From positions 1 through 34,980 of IMG/VR virus record IMGVR_UViG_3300021124_000017: DNA of 34,980 bases. The stretch is one strand, 5' to 3'. The position numbers were made by a program, and so were the translations under genes. Source of the DNA: a virus. Its lineage: Duplodnaviria > Caudoviricetes. The notes beneath the pieces were generated by a model. It saw only the letters and a list, made by a program, of their open reading frames with translations. It did not search any database and was not told where the DNA came from. Positions 26,785-34,980 of this stretch are shown piece by piece. The stretch's first letter is position 1; the number at the start of each line of letters is the position of its first letter.

Positions 26785-27803
26785 TTTAATAATCTCTTTA
26801 TCGATTCAATCCTTTTAGTATTAACATCATCCATCGAGTAATAAGTCTTTACCCACTCATACAACTTTTCTCCATCTTCTTTTATCTTTTCAGGATGATT
26901 GATGTAAAACATGATGTATTCTAACCAATCGCTTTCTTTTTTCACCCACTTCACAGGAGGATTGTTGTCCGTATAGGTAGGCATATAACTAACAATCGCA
27001 GGGAGTTTCTTTGTTCCCAATTCAAGTAACTTTAAATTACTCTTGCACCGGTTAAATTCATTATCTACCAAAGGCACTAACCCAACATCGCCATCTTTAT
27101 ACAAATTCATGTATTCAGGAGTAAGCAACTGATAAACCCTTTTGTATGTTTCCCAATTAGGCCGCTGTCCTGAATAAAGTGCTTCTGCCTTATCCCAATA
27201 ATCTTTGTACTTTGGATTATCTGAATATCCTGCCATTACCATCTGTCCGATACTTTTAAACTTTTCGTTTTTTCTTAATACCCGACAAGTATTCTCAATC
27301 AGTAATAAATCTTTGTAGTGCGTTGTGCCACCGGCATAAATAAACCGTATTTTTTCACTTGGGTTTTTACTTTCTTTAAATTGGTCGTAACCGAGTGGAA
27401 TAGAGTTAGGGATAATATCAATGTTGGTATTAAAAGTTAGTAATACTTTTTTTAATCTTTCATTTGTTACCCAAACACAATCTGAAATAGAAACATTGTA
27501 TAATTGATTTTCTGTTACTTTGTTTTTTTGATAGTCTGCAAATGCTCTATGAGTATGATCTAAAAAAGGGCTATCATCAAAATCATAAATCAATTTGATT
27601 TTATAAAAATCACAAATTTGTCGTACTTCGCTTCGAGAGTTACCAATATCACGAGAGATTATCATTACATCAGCCCATGCCATAACTTCGGGATCCACTT
27701 TCTGTAAAAACTTAATATTGCCTTTAATTAAACTAAAAGGCAGCTTTAAACGATGGTAATGTACTCCTGTAACTAATTCAGGGAAGGGAATGATGATATT
27801 CAA
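26781..27803 (-). CDS. Glycosyltransferase (GT-B, GT4-like)
   Basis: YHRLKLP, IYDFDD, IIPNSI, YAGGTTH..DL and VPLVDNEFNRCKSNLKLLE motifs. Confidence 0.88.
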   Translation of the reverse strand: MNIIIPFPELVTGVHYHRLKLPFSLIKGNIKFLQKVDPEVMAWADVMIISRDIGNSRSEVRQICDFYKIKLIYDFDDSPFLDHTHRAFADYQKNKVTENQLYNVSISDCVWVTNERLKKVLLTFNTNIDIIPNSIPLGYDQFKESKNPSEKIRFIYAGGTTHYKDLLLIENTCRVLRKNEKFKSIGQMVMAGYSDNPKYKDYWDKAEALYSGQRPNWETYKRVYQLLTPEYMNLYKDGDVGLVPLVDNEFNRCKSNLKLLELGTKKLPAIVSYMPTYTDNNPPVKWVKKESDWLEYIMFYINHPEKIKEDGEKLYEWVKTYYSMDDVNTKRIESIKRLLN

Positions 27804-27806
27804 TGA

Positions 27807-28145
27807 TTACTTTTTTACAGTTTTCTTTTTAGGTTGTTCTTTTGGTAGTTTAACTGATTTTGTTAATTTCTTAGCAGCATCCAATAGGAATTTGTATTTT
27901 GTTTCAAGTTTACTGTACTGCTCGGAAAATACATCGTGTGCTTTTTTAAGGGTATCAATCGTTTTATTAGCAGCAATTAACTGTTTATTTAATTCATTGG
28001 TTTTGTTTTCTAAGAACTTATAATCTTCAACGCATCTTTTAACAGTGTATCTCAATCCTCTTACTTTTAAATTCTCATTTAAGAAAATAAAAAACATTAA
28101 TAAATTTGATAAGATTAATACGAGAATGATGGTGTTGTTATCCAT
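27807..28145 (-). CDS. Membrane-anchored coiled-coil protein
   Basis: N-terminal TM followed by heptad repeats and a basic tail. Confidence 0.7.
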   Translation of the reverse strand: MDNNTIILVLILSNLLMFFIFLNENLKVRGLRYTVKRCVEDYKFLENKTNELNKQLIAANKTIDTLKKAHDVFSEQYSKLETKYKFLLDAAKKLTKSVKLPKEQPKKKTVKK

Positions 28146-28150
28146 TGTAA

Positions 28151-28435
28151 CTAATTTAAGTGCTTAATAATATCTTCGGCTGTAATAGTAGGTATGTGCT
28201 TTGTAATCTTTACCGCATCGGGATTAACACCCCATCCGCTTGTGCCTTGATTGGTGAGTAAAATATTTTTCTGCTTAAAAATATTATGTCGGCTCGATAC
28301 TAATTCAAGCAAACTATCTATCTCGTAAGATGTATCAACGTAAACATTATTATTCTTTGCTAACTTCTGCAATGCGGGTGCAATGCCTAAAAAATCACCA
28401 ATGAGAGATGGGCAATTCTTAATTAGAATGTTCAT
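28151..28435 (-). pseudogene. Internally deleted GT9-like glycosyltransferase remnant (open ORF, 94 aa)
   Basis: N-terminus MNILI..SLIGDFLGIAPALQKL and C-terminus ITAEDII resemble the two ends of GT9 enzymes, which are normally ~300 aa. Confidence 0.45.
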
Positions 28436-28469
28436 ACAATGTAATTACACGCAATATAATAATATTATT

Positions 28470-29351
28470 TTAAAACAAATCCGAAATACTATCCCCAAAT
28501 AAAACACCACCAATCAAACTTATCAGTAAATTACTCATCTCTTTGCCTGGTGCTGGTTTCTCAGGTACATTCGGATAAAGCATGATACTGCCGCTTGAAT
28601 CCCTTTTGGCTATGTACTGCATCGTACAACGACAATTACAGAAATTGCCCGGACTTGCATTCTTATCACCGGGATAGCGTATCGCCTCGCCATTGTTAAA
28701 AGATTTTACCATTTCCACCGTATCACCCGATAAAGCCAAATGAGAAAACCTATCCGTTGGTTTTGTACCTCTTACCCGATGGTCTTTCGCTGTTACCCAT
28801 CTTTTTTGATATTGAATACCGGTTGAAATAGCACCCATCATAGAGCCGATATTCATGGCTCCTATACTTTCAGTCCTTACTATCAACCTCGCTCTTTGTA
28901 AAGGGATTTCATCGCTTTCTATTTGCCTCGCTATTTCTTCAAATCCTAATCCTTCTCGTAAACCTTTGGCAATAACTTGTAATATCCTTTCTTTCGTTGT
29001 TTCGCTGATGTTCTGACAAGTTTCCAATAACTTCAAATTGCCTAAATGCGTATCAATAACATTACTCCACGCTTCATTATAGCCGAATGTTCTTAGTTTG
29101 TAGTGCTTGGCTCTTAATTCCTTGTAAGTGATATTCGCTTCTTGTATCGCAGCCGTTTTATACAAGTCTTTTAGTATCTTAAAAACATCTTCTGCATTAA
29201 TCGCATGATGAATAAATGACTGATAGCCTGTTAATCCGTTTCGCTTAATATGGGCCACAACCTTACCAATCTCTTTAGAGATGGCAGCCTTTACTCTTGG
29301 AACATAGGCTTTTTCTATTCGTTGCTGTCTTTTTGCGAACTGCTCCCACAT
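28470..29351 (-). CDS. Minor head protein (MuF/SPP1 gp7 family)
   Basis: RARLIVRTE, KRWVTAKDHRVR...H and YPGD...NCRC motifs. Confidence 0.9.
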   Translation of the reverse strand: MWEQFAKRQQRIEKAYVPRVKAAISKEIGKVVAHIKRNGLTGYQSFIHHAINAEDVFKILKDLYKTAAIQEANITYKELRAKHYKLRTFGYNEAWSNVIDTHLGNLKLLETCQNISETTKERILQVIAKGLREGLGFEEIARQIESDEIPLQRARLIVRTESIGAMNIGSMMGAISTGIQYQKRWVTAKDHRVRGTKPTDRFSHLALSGDTVEMVKSFNNGEAIRYPGDKNASPGNFCNCRCTMQYIAKRDSSGSIMLYPNVPEKPAPGKEMSNLLISLIGGVLFGDSISDLF

Positions 29352-30733
29352 TATTTGTAAATATCTTTTGTTGCATCTTCATTTACCTCATCATCGGGTA
29401 AACTGTTTCCTGTGCTTTCAAAGGCTTCTTCTAATGGTACTTTTGTATTCGTTGTGTAAGCTGTATTGAACTCAGGTTTTTCAATAGGATCATAACGCAT
29501 CGCCTCACGTTTCTCATTCATGGTAAGCCAATCTGCATTCATCATGTTTGTTACTATCTTGCCCATATCTTCTTGTAACTCCGGTAAATCCTGCACATCG
29601 AAATCGATATACAAATTCTCTGCATTCTTAAATCTTGACTTGATCTTTCTGTTTAACTCATCTCTGAAATTAGCCCACTCAGGAACGATTTTATTCGTGA
29701 TAAAATACTTCATATCCTGCGCTCTGTTGTCAAAGGTGCTGTTAGCTTCTAACAATCCGGGAGGCACTTGAAACACATTGCACAATCTATCTCTTGTCAT
29801 GCCGATTGCGTTAAGCAAGTCCATATCCGTTGCACTTAATCCTATTTGCGTATAACCTACTTTCGCATTAATAGCCATGATGCGGCCCTTATTATTGCTG
29901 TCGTTTATGTTCTCATCTGTATAGGCTTGTAATATTTCTCTTTCTTCTTTAGAAATAGGAGAGTTCTCTGAATTATTAAATAATATCCCTTTTGCACCTT
30001 GATTTTGGAACATGGCCACCGTTGCACGAATAGCATCGTTGCTGCCTTGCATTACATTAATGGCTGCTCGTAAAGGAGATAAACCGTATAAATGTGTTCC
30101 CGACATATTAAAGTCAGGGTTTGGATATTTCCAATATAAAATGTCTTTTGCAGTAAAATTGATATTTGTGTTCACCATTCGGTAACTATCCACACCGAAT
30201 AAGGTACCATCACCAATAATCTGAATAAATTGAGAAGGCAATACTTCCATTTCTACCGGCTGTCCTTCGCCTCCTAAATTACCGTCATTGATATAAATAG
30301 CAGAACCACCTGTTACAATGCGATACATATAAGCCATTTCTAAAAACGCATCTTGGCCCATGTATTCATTCGGCTGAGAGATAAACCTTGCTAAATCGCT
30401 GCTTTCATCTACTTCACCGAGTGCTTTACGCTTTAATTCACTCATCTCATCAAGTGCTGACTTAGTGAGCATTCCTTTTGCTAATGTCTTATATCTGCGT
30501 AGTGATTTATGATCTCGTACATCATACACATAACAAGGGATGGAACTGAATTTTGAACAAGATAATTTTACGATGGAATAAATATCTGCGTTACCTAAAT
30601 AACCATCATCGATGTATGTCTTTGCTTTGGCATCGGTAATCCTCGAATGACCACCAATCCATTGTAGCCCACCCGGTATTACCAAAGGTTTGTATTTACC
30701 AACCCTTTTTATTTCAAGTCCTAATATTTTCAT
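29351..30733 (-). CDS. Portal protein (HK97 family)
   Basis: QPNEYM, YGLSPLRAA, FQVPPGLL and LTMNEKREAM motifs. Confidence 0.92.
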   Translation of the reverse strand: MKILGLEIKRVGKYKPLVIPGGLQWIGGHSRITDAKAKTYIDDGYLGNADIYSIVKLSCSKFSSIPCYVYDVRDHKSLRRYKTLAKGMLTKSALDEMSELKRKALGEVDESSDLARFISQPNEYMGQDAFLEMAYMYRIVTGGSAIYINDGNLGGEGQPVEMEVLPSQFIQIIGDGTLFGVDSYRMVNTNINFTAKDILYWKYPNPDFNMSGTHLYGLSPLRAAINVMQGSNDAIRATVAMFQNQGAKGILFNNSENSPISKEEREILQAYTDENINDSNNKGRIMAINAKVGYTQIGLSATDMDLLNAIGMTRDRLCNVFQVPPGLLEANSTFDNRAQDMKYFITNKIVPEWANFRDELNRKIKSRFKNAENLYIDFDVQDLPELQEDMGKIVTNMMNADWLTMNEKREAMRYDPIEKPEFNTAYTTNTKVPLEEAFESTGNSLPDDEVNEDATKDIYK

Positions 30734-30743
30734 CTTATTGTAT

Positions 30744-31913
30744 TTATATGACTAACCATGTTCTTTTTTCTTTGCTTAAATGGGTAAAAATGCCGTATCT
30801 CATCGCATCTAATAAGTGATCGTTTTCTTTTACCGGTTCTTCTAAAATATTATCGTTCTTATCCTTTTTCCATTTATAACTCATCAACTCATTGGCTAAG
30901 TTCTTTGAGTTGTGTGTGATAAATAACGGATAGCTTTTAACCTTTACAATACCTGTCCAAACATCTTTTTCTGCGGGATGAACATTTAATTCAGCCCGGT
31001 ATAGTTCCTCGATACTTTTCGGCTCGGCACTATCGCAATAAATCGTTGCATTGCTATCTACCAACTCTTTAATGAGAGGCACTAAGTCCGAAATCGTTAA
31101 ACCACGTTTATAAAGAACTTCCTTAGCGTAATTAGCACCCTCATAATGAACGACTTTAACCAATGCACTCGGATTAGTATAACCGAAATCCAACCCATAA
31201 AACACATCACCATTACTCGGCAACTCATCACAATACTTCCACGCTGTGTAAATAATCTCCTTTGCTGCACCTCTTAATCCTAATCCGTACACCTTCCACA
31301 TAAAATCATCAGGAAGGTTTTTATAACTTTCTATCGTATCAATCTGATTTTGCGAAAGATTAGATAGATTGTTTTTATAGGTGCTTTTGATACATTTGTT
31401 CTTTGGATTATCTGCCACATCATAAACCCATGATACAAAATCCGCAGGGTTCCAATCTAAAAACACTTGCCCTGTCGTTCTCATCGCTAACTGATCGTAC
31501 AAACTCTTTTTAATCAGATTAGCTTCATTGACAAATAAAATATCTCTGCCCGGCCCTCTTGCTTTACCCTCATCCTCTAATCCAAATAACTCAATATAAG
31601 ATTCATTCTTAAATGTGTATATGTAATCAGAATAACTAAAATCGTTGTCATCCCAAATCTTCCAATCTTCCATTATTGCCCTAAAATCTCGATAAGCACC
31701 TCTTTTAATGTGTGGCAATGAATGTGAAACAATCGAAATCCTTTTATTTGAATTGTTATTGGCTATTAAAACCAATAACTGAACAATTGAATAACTCTTA
31801 GAACTTCTGCTGCCTCCTTCGTTGCAGATAATCGGATAACCTTTTTCAAATGCTTCTAAGTTGGCAAAGAATACAGGAGTTGCTTTAATCTTTAACTGGT
31901 TCGCATCCATCAT
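30744..31913 (-). CDS. terL: Terminase large subunit (PBSX-like)
   Basis: GGSRSSKS Walker A, LFVNEA Walker B, DWNP, GLDFGY, and NDHLLDAMRY nuclease motif. Confidence 0.93.
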   Translation of the reverse strand: MMDANQLKIKATPVFFANLEAFEKGYPIICNEGGSRSSKSYSIVQLLVLIANNNSNKRISIVSHSLPHIKRGAYRDFRAIMEDWKIWDDNDFSYSDYIYTFKNESYIELFGLEDEGKARGPGRDILFVNEANLIKKSLYDQLAMRTTGQVFLDWNPADFVSWVYDVADNPKNKCIKSTYKNNLSNLSQNQIDTIESYKNLPDDFMWKVYGLGLRGAAKEIIYTAWKYCDELPSNGDVFYGLDFGYTNPSALVKVVHYEGANYAKEVLYKRGLTISDLVPLIKELVDSNATIYCDSAEPKSIEELYRAELNVHPAEKDVWTGIVKVKSYPLFITHNSKNLANELMSYKWKKDKNDNILEEPVKENDHLLDAMRYGIFTHLSKEKRTWLVI

Positions 31914-32298
31914 CTTTTACTACTGTTATACTCGTGCCGATATGTCCTTCATGCTGTATCTCTTGCTTTTCTCTCCATTCTTCTTTAAATCTATTCTTCA
32001 TCTGAAATATCCAAAGCGTTGAATTAATGGAACGGCTTTTTACAGGCTTTCCTTTGCTATCAAATTCTGTTTCAGAAAATAACCCATCAATACCTTGCTT
32101 CTCCCAAAACAATCGATTCTTTTCAAATGCTTTTTTTTTGGAGTCAAGAAAATTAGGGTTTGCTTCACACCAATCATAAATCGTTTGCTTAGAAACACCA
32201 ACTAAACCGGCAAAGGATTCAAAAGAATAACCCTTCTCCATGTGTTGAATAAGTAACTGACAATATTCGGGTTTATATGATGTTGGTCTGCCTAACAT
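31885..32298 (-). CDS. terS: Terminase small subunit
   Basis: GRPTSYKPEY, HTH GVSKQTIYDW, IFQMKNRF..WREKQE; upstream of terL. Confidence 0.85.
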   Translation of the reverse strand: MLGRPTSYKPEYCQLLIQHMEKGYSFESFAGLVGVSKQTIYDWCEANPNFLDSKKKAFEKNRLFWEKQGIDGLFSETEFDSKGKPVKSRSINSTLWIFQMKNRFKEEWREKQEIQHEGHIGTSITVVKDDGCEPVKD

Positions 32299-32531
32299 TC
32301 ATTTTCCTTTTTTACTGATTCCCATTTATCACGGCAGGCAATCATCACATGTGAGTATTTGTTATGTTCTGAGATTACCGTAGGAGCGGAGCGTTTCTTA
32401 ATGCGAAAGTTGAGCCAACCGTTGGCGTCTTCGGGCTGTTTTTCAAGATATTCAATAAACTGTCTTTTTTTTATTCCAACTTCAATATAATCCGCTTTTT
32501 CTTTGAAGTTAATACCTTCGGCTCTATTCAT
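32292..32531 (-). CDS. Hypothetical protein
   Basis: 79 aa; first gene after late promoter C. Confidence 0.7.
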   Translation of the reverse strand: MNRAEGINFKEKADYIEVGIKKRQFIEYLEKQPEDANGWLNFRIKKRSAPTVISEHNKYSHVMIACRDKWESVKKENEC

Positions 32532-32546
32532 TGAAGAATATTTTGC

Positions 32547-32600
32547 CGAATTTACAAATTATTAGTAAGATAATTAAATTATTTTTTACACAATTGTTAG
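32547..32600 (-). promoter_or_regulatory. Late promoter C with 17-bp upstream motif
   Basis: TTTTACACAATTGTTAG at 32584-32600; TAAATTCG (-) at 32547-32554. Confidence 0.7.
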
Positions 32601-32638
32601 TTTGTTAGATAATTTTTAATGTTTCACAAGGAACAATA

Positions 32639-33007
32639 TTATTGTTTTGAAATGAATTTCATAATATCTCCTTTGGGTATTCTGATAGAAATAAGTGCTT
32701 CGATAAGTTTATCGATGGTAGTTTCTTGTTGGGATAGTATCTTTTCGAGAACGGCTTTAATATCTTCGGGGATGGCTTGTAAGTTACCCTCACCGAGAAG
32801 AATGTATAAAGGATTGATGAAAGGATAGTTTTTAATAAGACTGGCCACAAAAACAGCTTTCAGGTCGGTCTTAGTTTTCTTTCTTATCATGGAAACATAG
32901 GTTTCACTCATGCCTATTTGCTGAGAAAGGGCTTTACCGGTTGTTTGTTCTTTGGCTACAATGAAATCAAAGGCTTCTAAAAACCTTTGTTTAATTTGAT
33001 CTTCCAT
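32639..33007 (-). CDS. XRE/CI-like HTH protein
   Basis: KALSQQIGMSETYVSMIR HTH and INPLYILLGEG motif typical of phage repressor N-domains. Confidence 0.75.
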   Translation of the reverse strand: MEDQIKQRFLEAFDFIVAKEQTTGKALSQQIGMSETYVSMIRKKTKTDLKAVFVASLIKNYPFINPLYILLGEGNLQAIPEDIKAVLEKILSQQETTIDKLIEALISIRIPKGDIMKFISKQ

Positions 33008-33426
33008 TATCTAAAATTAAGAGGTATTTCTGTAATTTTTGTATTCTCAATCACGAATAAATGATAATCGTAAGAGTTGGAACCTGTATAACCATTCATT
33101 GCTTGAGGTAAAGAACTTCTAAACCGAGCAATAAAAGGGCTTACAATTTTAGAGTTAAAAATTTGACTACTTCCTAATGGATCAACAACTTTAATTTGCA
33201 TACCGGTAATAGGTGATTGGAATAATGTATCTATTGTTACATCAACAGTCCTGTATTTTTGTAATTGATTCCATAAGTTATTAAAAATAGCCGTATCGTG
33301 AAAATCAGCTTGGCTGATACGAATACTATCTGATTTGTAGAGATAAGTTTTAGAAGGTAATGACGCAGGGCCAGTGGTTTTATTACAAGCTGCGAATACA
33401 ATCGCTAAAAATAATAAGTATTTCAT
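33007..33426 (-). CDS. Lipoprotein (candidate superinfection exclusion or lysogenic conversion)
   Basis: MKYLLFLAIVFAA-C lipobox; coupled to the integrase gene. Confidence 0.7.
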   Translation of the reverse strand: MKYLLFLAIVFAACNKTTGPASLPSKTYLYKSDSIRISQADFHDTAIFNNLWNQLQKYRTVDVTIDTLFQSPITGMQIKVVDPLGSSQIFNSKIVSPFIARFRSSLPQAMNGYTGSNSYDYHLFVIENTKITEIPLNFR

Positions 33427-34547
33427 TTTAGTTTATTTTTGATTTTATTAGATAATTGTTCGTTGGAAATCCTCGCATAAATCCTGCCAACATTAACCGA
33501 ATCGCCTAATGTTTCGCTGACTTCTTCTGTTGTGAAGCCTTTACTCATTAATAACATTGCCCATGAATGTCGGGAAGTGTGGTATTTAACGTGCTTCTTT
33601 ATCCTGGCTAACTTGCAAATATCTTTCACATAATCTCTCACGTTTTGCTCAGGTATATTTAAAGGATGTGTTTGAATGTATTTGAGAACAGGTTTAAGTT
33701 TTGAATGTATGGGAATAGAAACAATGCTTTTATTTTTCTTTGCCCTTAAAATGATTTGCCCATCTTTTACAAACTTATCATAATCGAATTTTTTAGCATC
33801 ACTTATTCTATAACCTGTGTAACAGGATAATAAAAAATAATAACCCGATGTTTTAAGGGAAGATTCACCCAAAGCAAAAACAATTTTTTCAAAAGCATTT
33901 ATTTCATTTTCAGTAAGATATTCAGGAATAGGTTGAATGTATTTTGGTAGTTTGTATTTGTCAAACTTTGACTTGTCAATTAATGACAACTCGGAAGCCT
34001 TATAAAGTAATGACTTCAATATCTTCATGTTATTTTGAAGCGTGTTATTGCTTATGGTGTGTGCGTTAATATCCTTTTTAGTTCTTAAGTATCTTTCAAA
34101 ACTTTCCATCCATGCAACATCTATTTGAGAAAATCTAATTTTGTCGTCAAATTCCATCACTTTATTTAAAACAACTTGATAATGTCGGAGTATTCCATCA
34201 GAGAACTTGCCTTTGTAATCATGCTTTATTTTTTCTACAAATTCACTGATCGATATGCTTTTCTCTATTTTAGGTTTTATTGTTTCAATGGTGATTTCGT
34301 TACCCAATGATAATTCGGTGCTAATCTTTCTTTCGGTAGCTGCAATCTCTTGAAGTATTGCCCTGTTTACTATTTTATAGTCAGGATAATTGGACAAAAT
34401 TTGTCCTTTTTCAAACTGATTCTCTTTGCACCAATACCCGGTAAACTTGTAACTTATCTTTCTACTTATAGTGGTCCTTATGGCAATAGGATATTTACCA
34501 TCTTTCTGTTTTGATTTGAATAATATCGCTTTTACTGTAAATGCCAT
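33423..34547 (-). CDS. int: Tyrosine integrase (Bacteroidota type with N-terminal arm-binding domain)
   Basis: KDGKYPIAIR arm domain, SAM-like domain, TGYRISD (R), HTSRHS (HxxR), RIYA (Y). Confidence 0.93.
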   Translation of the reverse strand: MAFTVKAILFKSKQKDGKYPIAIRTTISRKISYKFTGYWCKENQFEKGQILSNYPDYKIVNRAILQEIAATERKISTELSLGNEITIETIKPKIEKSISISEFVEKIKHDYKGKFSDGILRHYQVVLNKVMEFDDKIRFSQIDVAWMESFERYLRTKKDINAHTISNNTLQNNMKILKSLLYKASELSLIDKSKFDKYKLPKYIQPIPEYLTENEINAFEKIVFALGESSLKTSGYYFLLSCYTGYRISDAKKFDYDKFVKDGQIILRAKKNKSIVSIPIHSKLKPVLKYIQTHPLNIPEQNVRDYVKDICKLARIKKHVKYHTSRHSWAMLLMSKGFTTEEVSETLGDSVNVGRIYARISNEQLSNKIKNKLK

Positions 34548-34550
34548 TTT

Positions 34551-34755
34551 AGGTTAAACATTCAGGTTAAACAATGGTAACACAATTTATAAAAAATAGT
34601 AAACTTTTGTAAAGATTTATAAAGTTTAATCTATCGTAAAATAAGGAAAGCCGCCATGACAGCGACTTTCTCGGTGATCCGGATTGGATTCGCTTACATT
34701 TTATAACTTTCTATTTATCAATAACTTATGTTATGTTCTTTTATTAGGTTAAACA
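34551..34755. other. attP region: tRNA-3'-end-like core with arm-type repeats
   Basis: Core 34673-34692 reads CGAATCCAATCCGGATCACC on the - strand (T-loop, T-stem and acceptor 3' strand); AGGTTAAACA at 34551, 34564 and 34746 flank it. Confidence 0.75.
34640..34670 (-). terminator. Terminator replacing the host tRNA terminator after integration
   Basis: GAAAGTCGC-TGTCATG-GCGGCTTTC hairpin followed by CTTATTTT on the - strand, immediately 3' of the core. Confidence 0.6.
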
Positions 34756-34881
34756 ATGTATTAATTAAAATTTGATTAAAGCCATTTTATACCTATTTAC
34801 TAATTTTAATTACCTATAATTTAGCGCAATCCATTTTTTTAAAATTCTATCTATCTATGAACTGTAATCTTTGCCCATTCA

Positions 34882-34980
34882 AAGACAATTGCCATCTTAT
34901 TTCACTGCCAAGTCAATCTCGTAAAAAAGCCTGTTCACTTCTGCAACAGCCTCCTCATACGACTTTAGTTTACCATGCTG
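34882..34980. repeat. Terminal direct repeat, copy 2
   Basis: Identical to bases 1-99. Confidence 0.95.

Noticed and set aside
714-34547. Stop-codon reassignment
   Set aside because: The standard code gives dense, full-length genes, and TAA, TAG and TGA all act as stops.

Overview
The window is a complete, circular, AT-rich temperate siphovirus genome of about 34,881 bp. Bases 34882-34980 duplicate bases 1-99, which looks like an assembler overlap. The host is very likely a Bacteroidota bacterium: TAnnTTTG-type promoter, signal peptides ending A/S-Q, and a Bacteroidota-type tyrosine integrase. The + strand (714-7228) carries the early, recombination and replication genes (Cro/Xis-like HTH, ERF, NinG, a DnaA-domain-IV-like protein, a replication initiator). 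The - strand carries the integrase, a lipoprotein and an HTH, then terminase, portal, MuF, glycosyltransferases, protease, HK97 capsid, connectors, tail, a fibre module, lysis genes and a late exonuclease/DUF3310/GNAT block. The attP core looks like a tRNA 3' end. Four signals stand out. (1) Five consecutive tail-fibre-module proteins, including an S74-chaperone fibre, all begin with export signal peptides, and most carry Bacteroidota O-glycosylation sequons, suggesting fibres built outside the cytoplasm. (2) Two integron-like gene cassettes with an attC-type site sit at 6.2-6.9 kb, with no IntI in the genome. (3) An exact 17-bp motif containing a consensus DnaA box lies at identical spacing upstream of three late promoters, and the phage encodes a stand-alone DnaA DNA-binding domain. 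(4) A 72-nt tRNA-like structure follows the capsid gene. All family assignments come from motif recognition by eye, not database searches.
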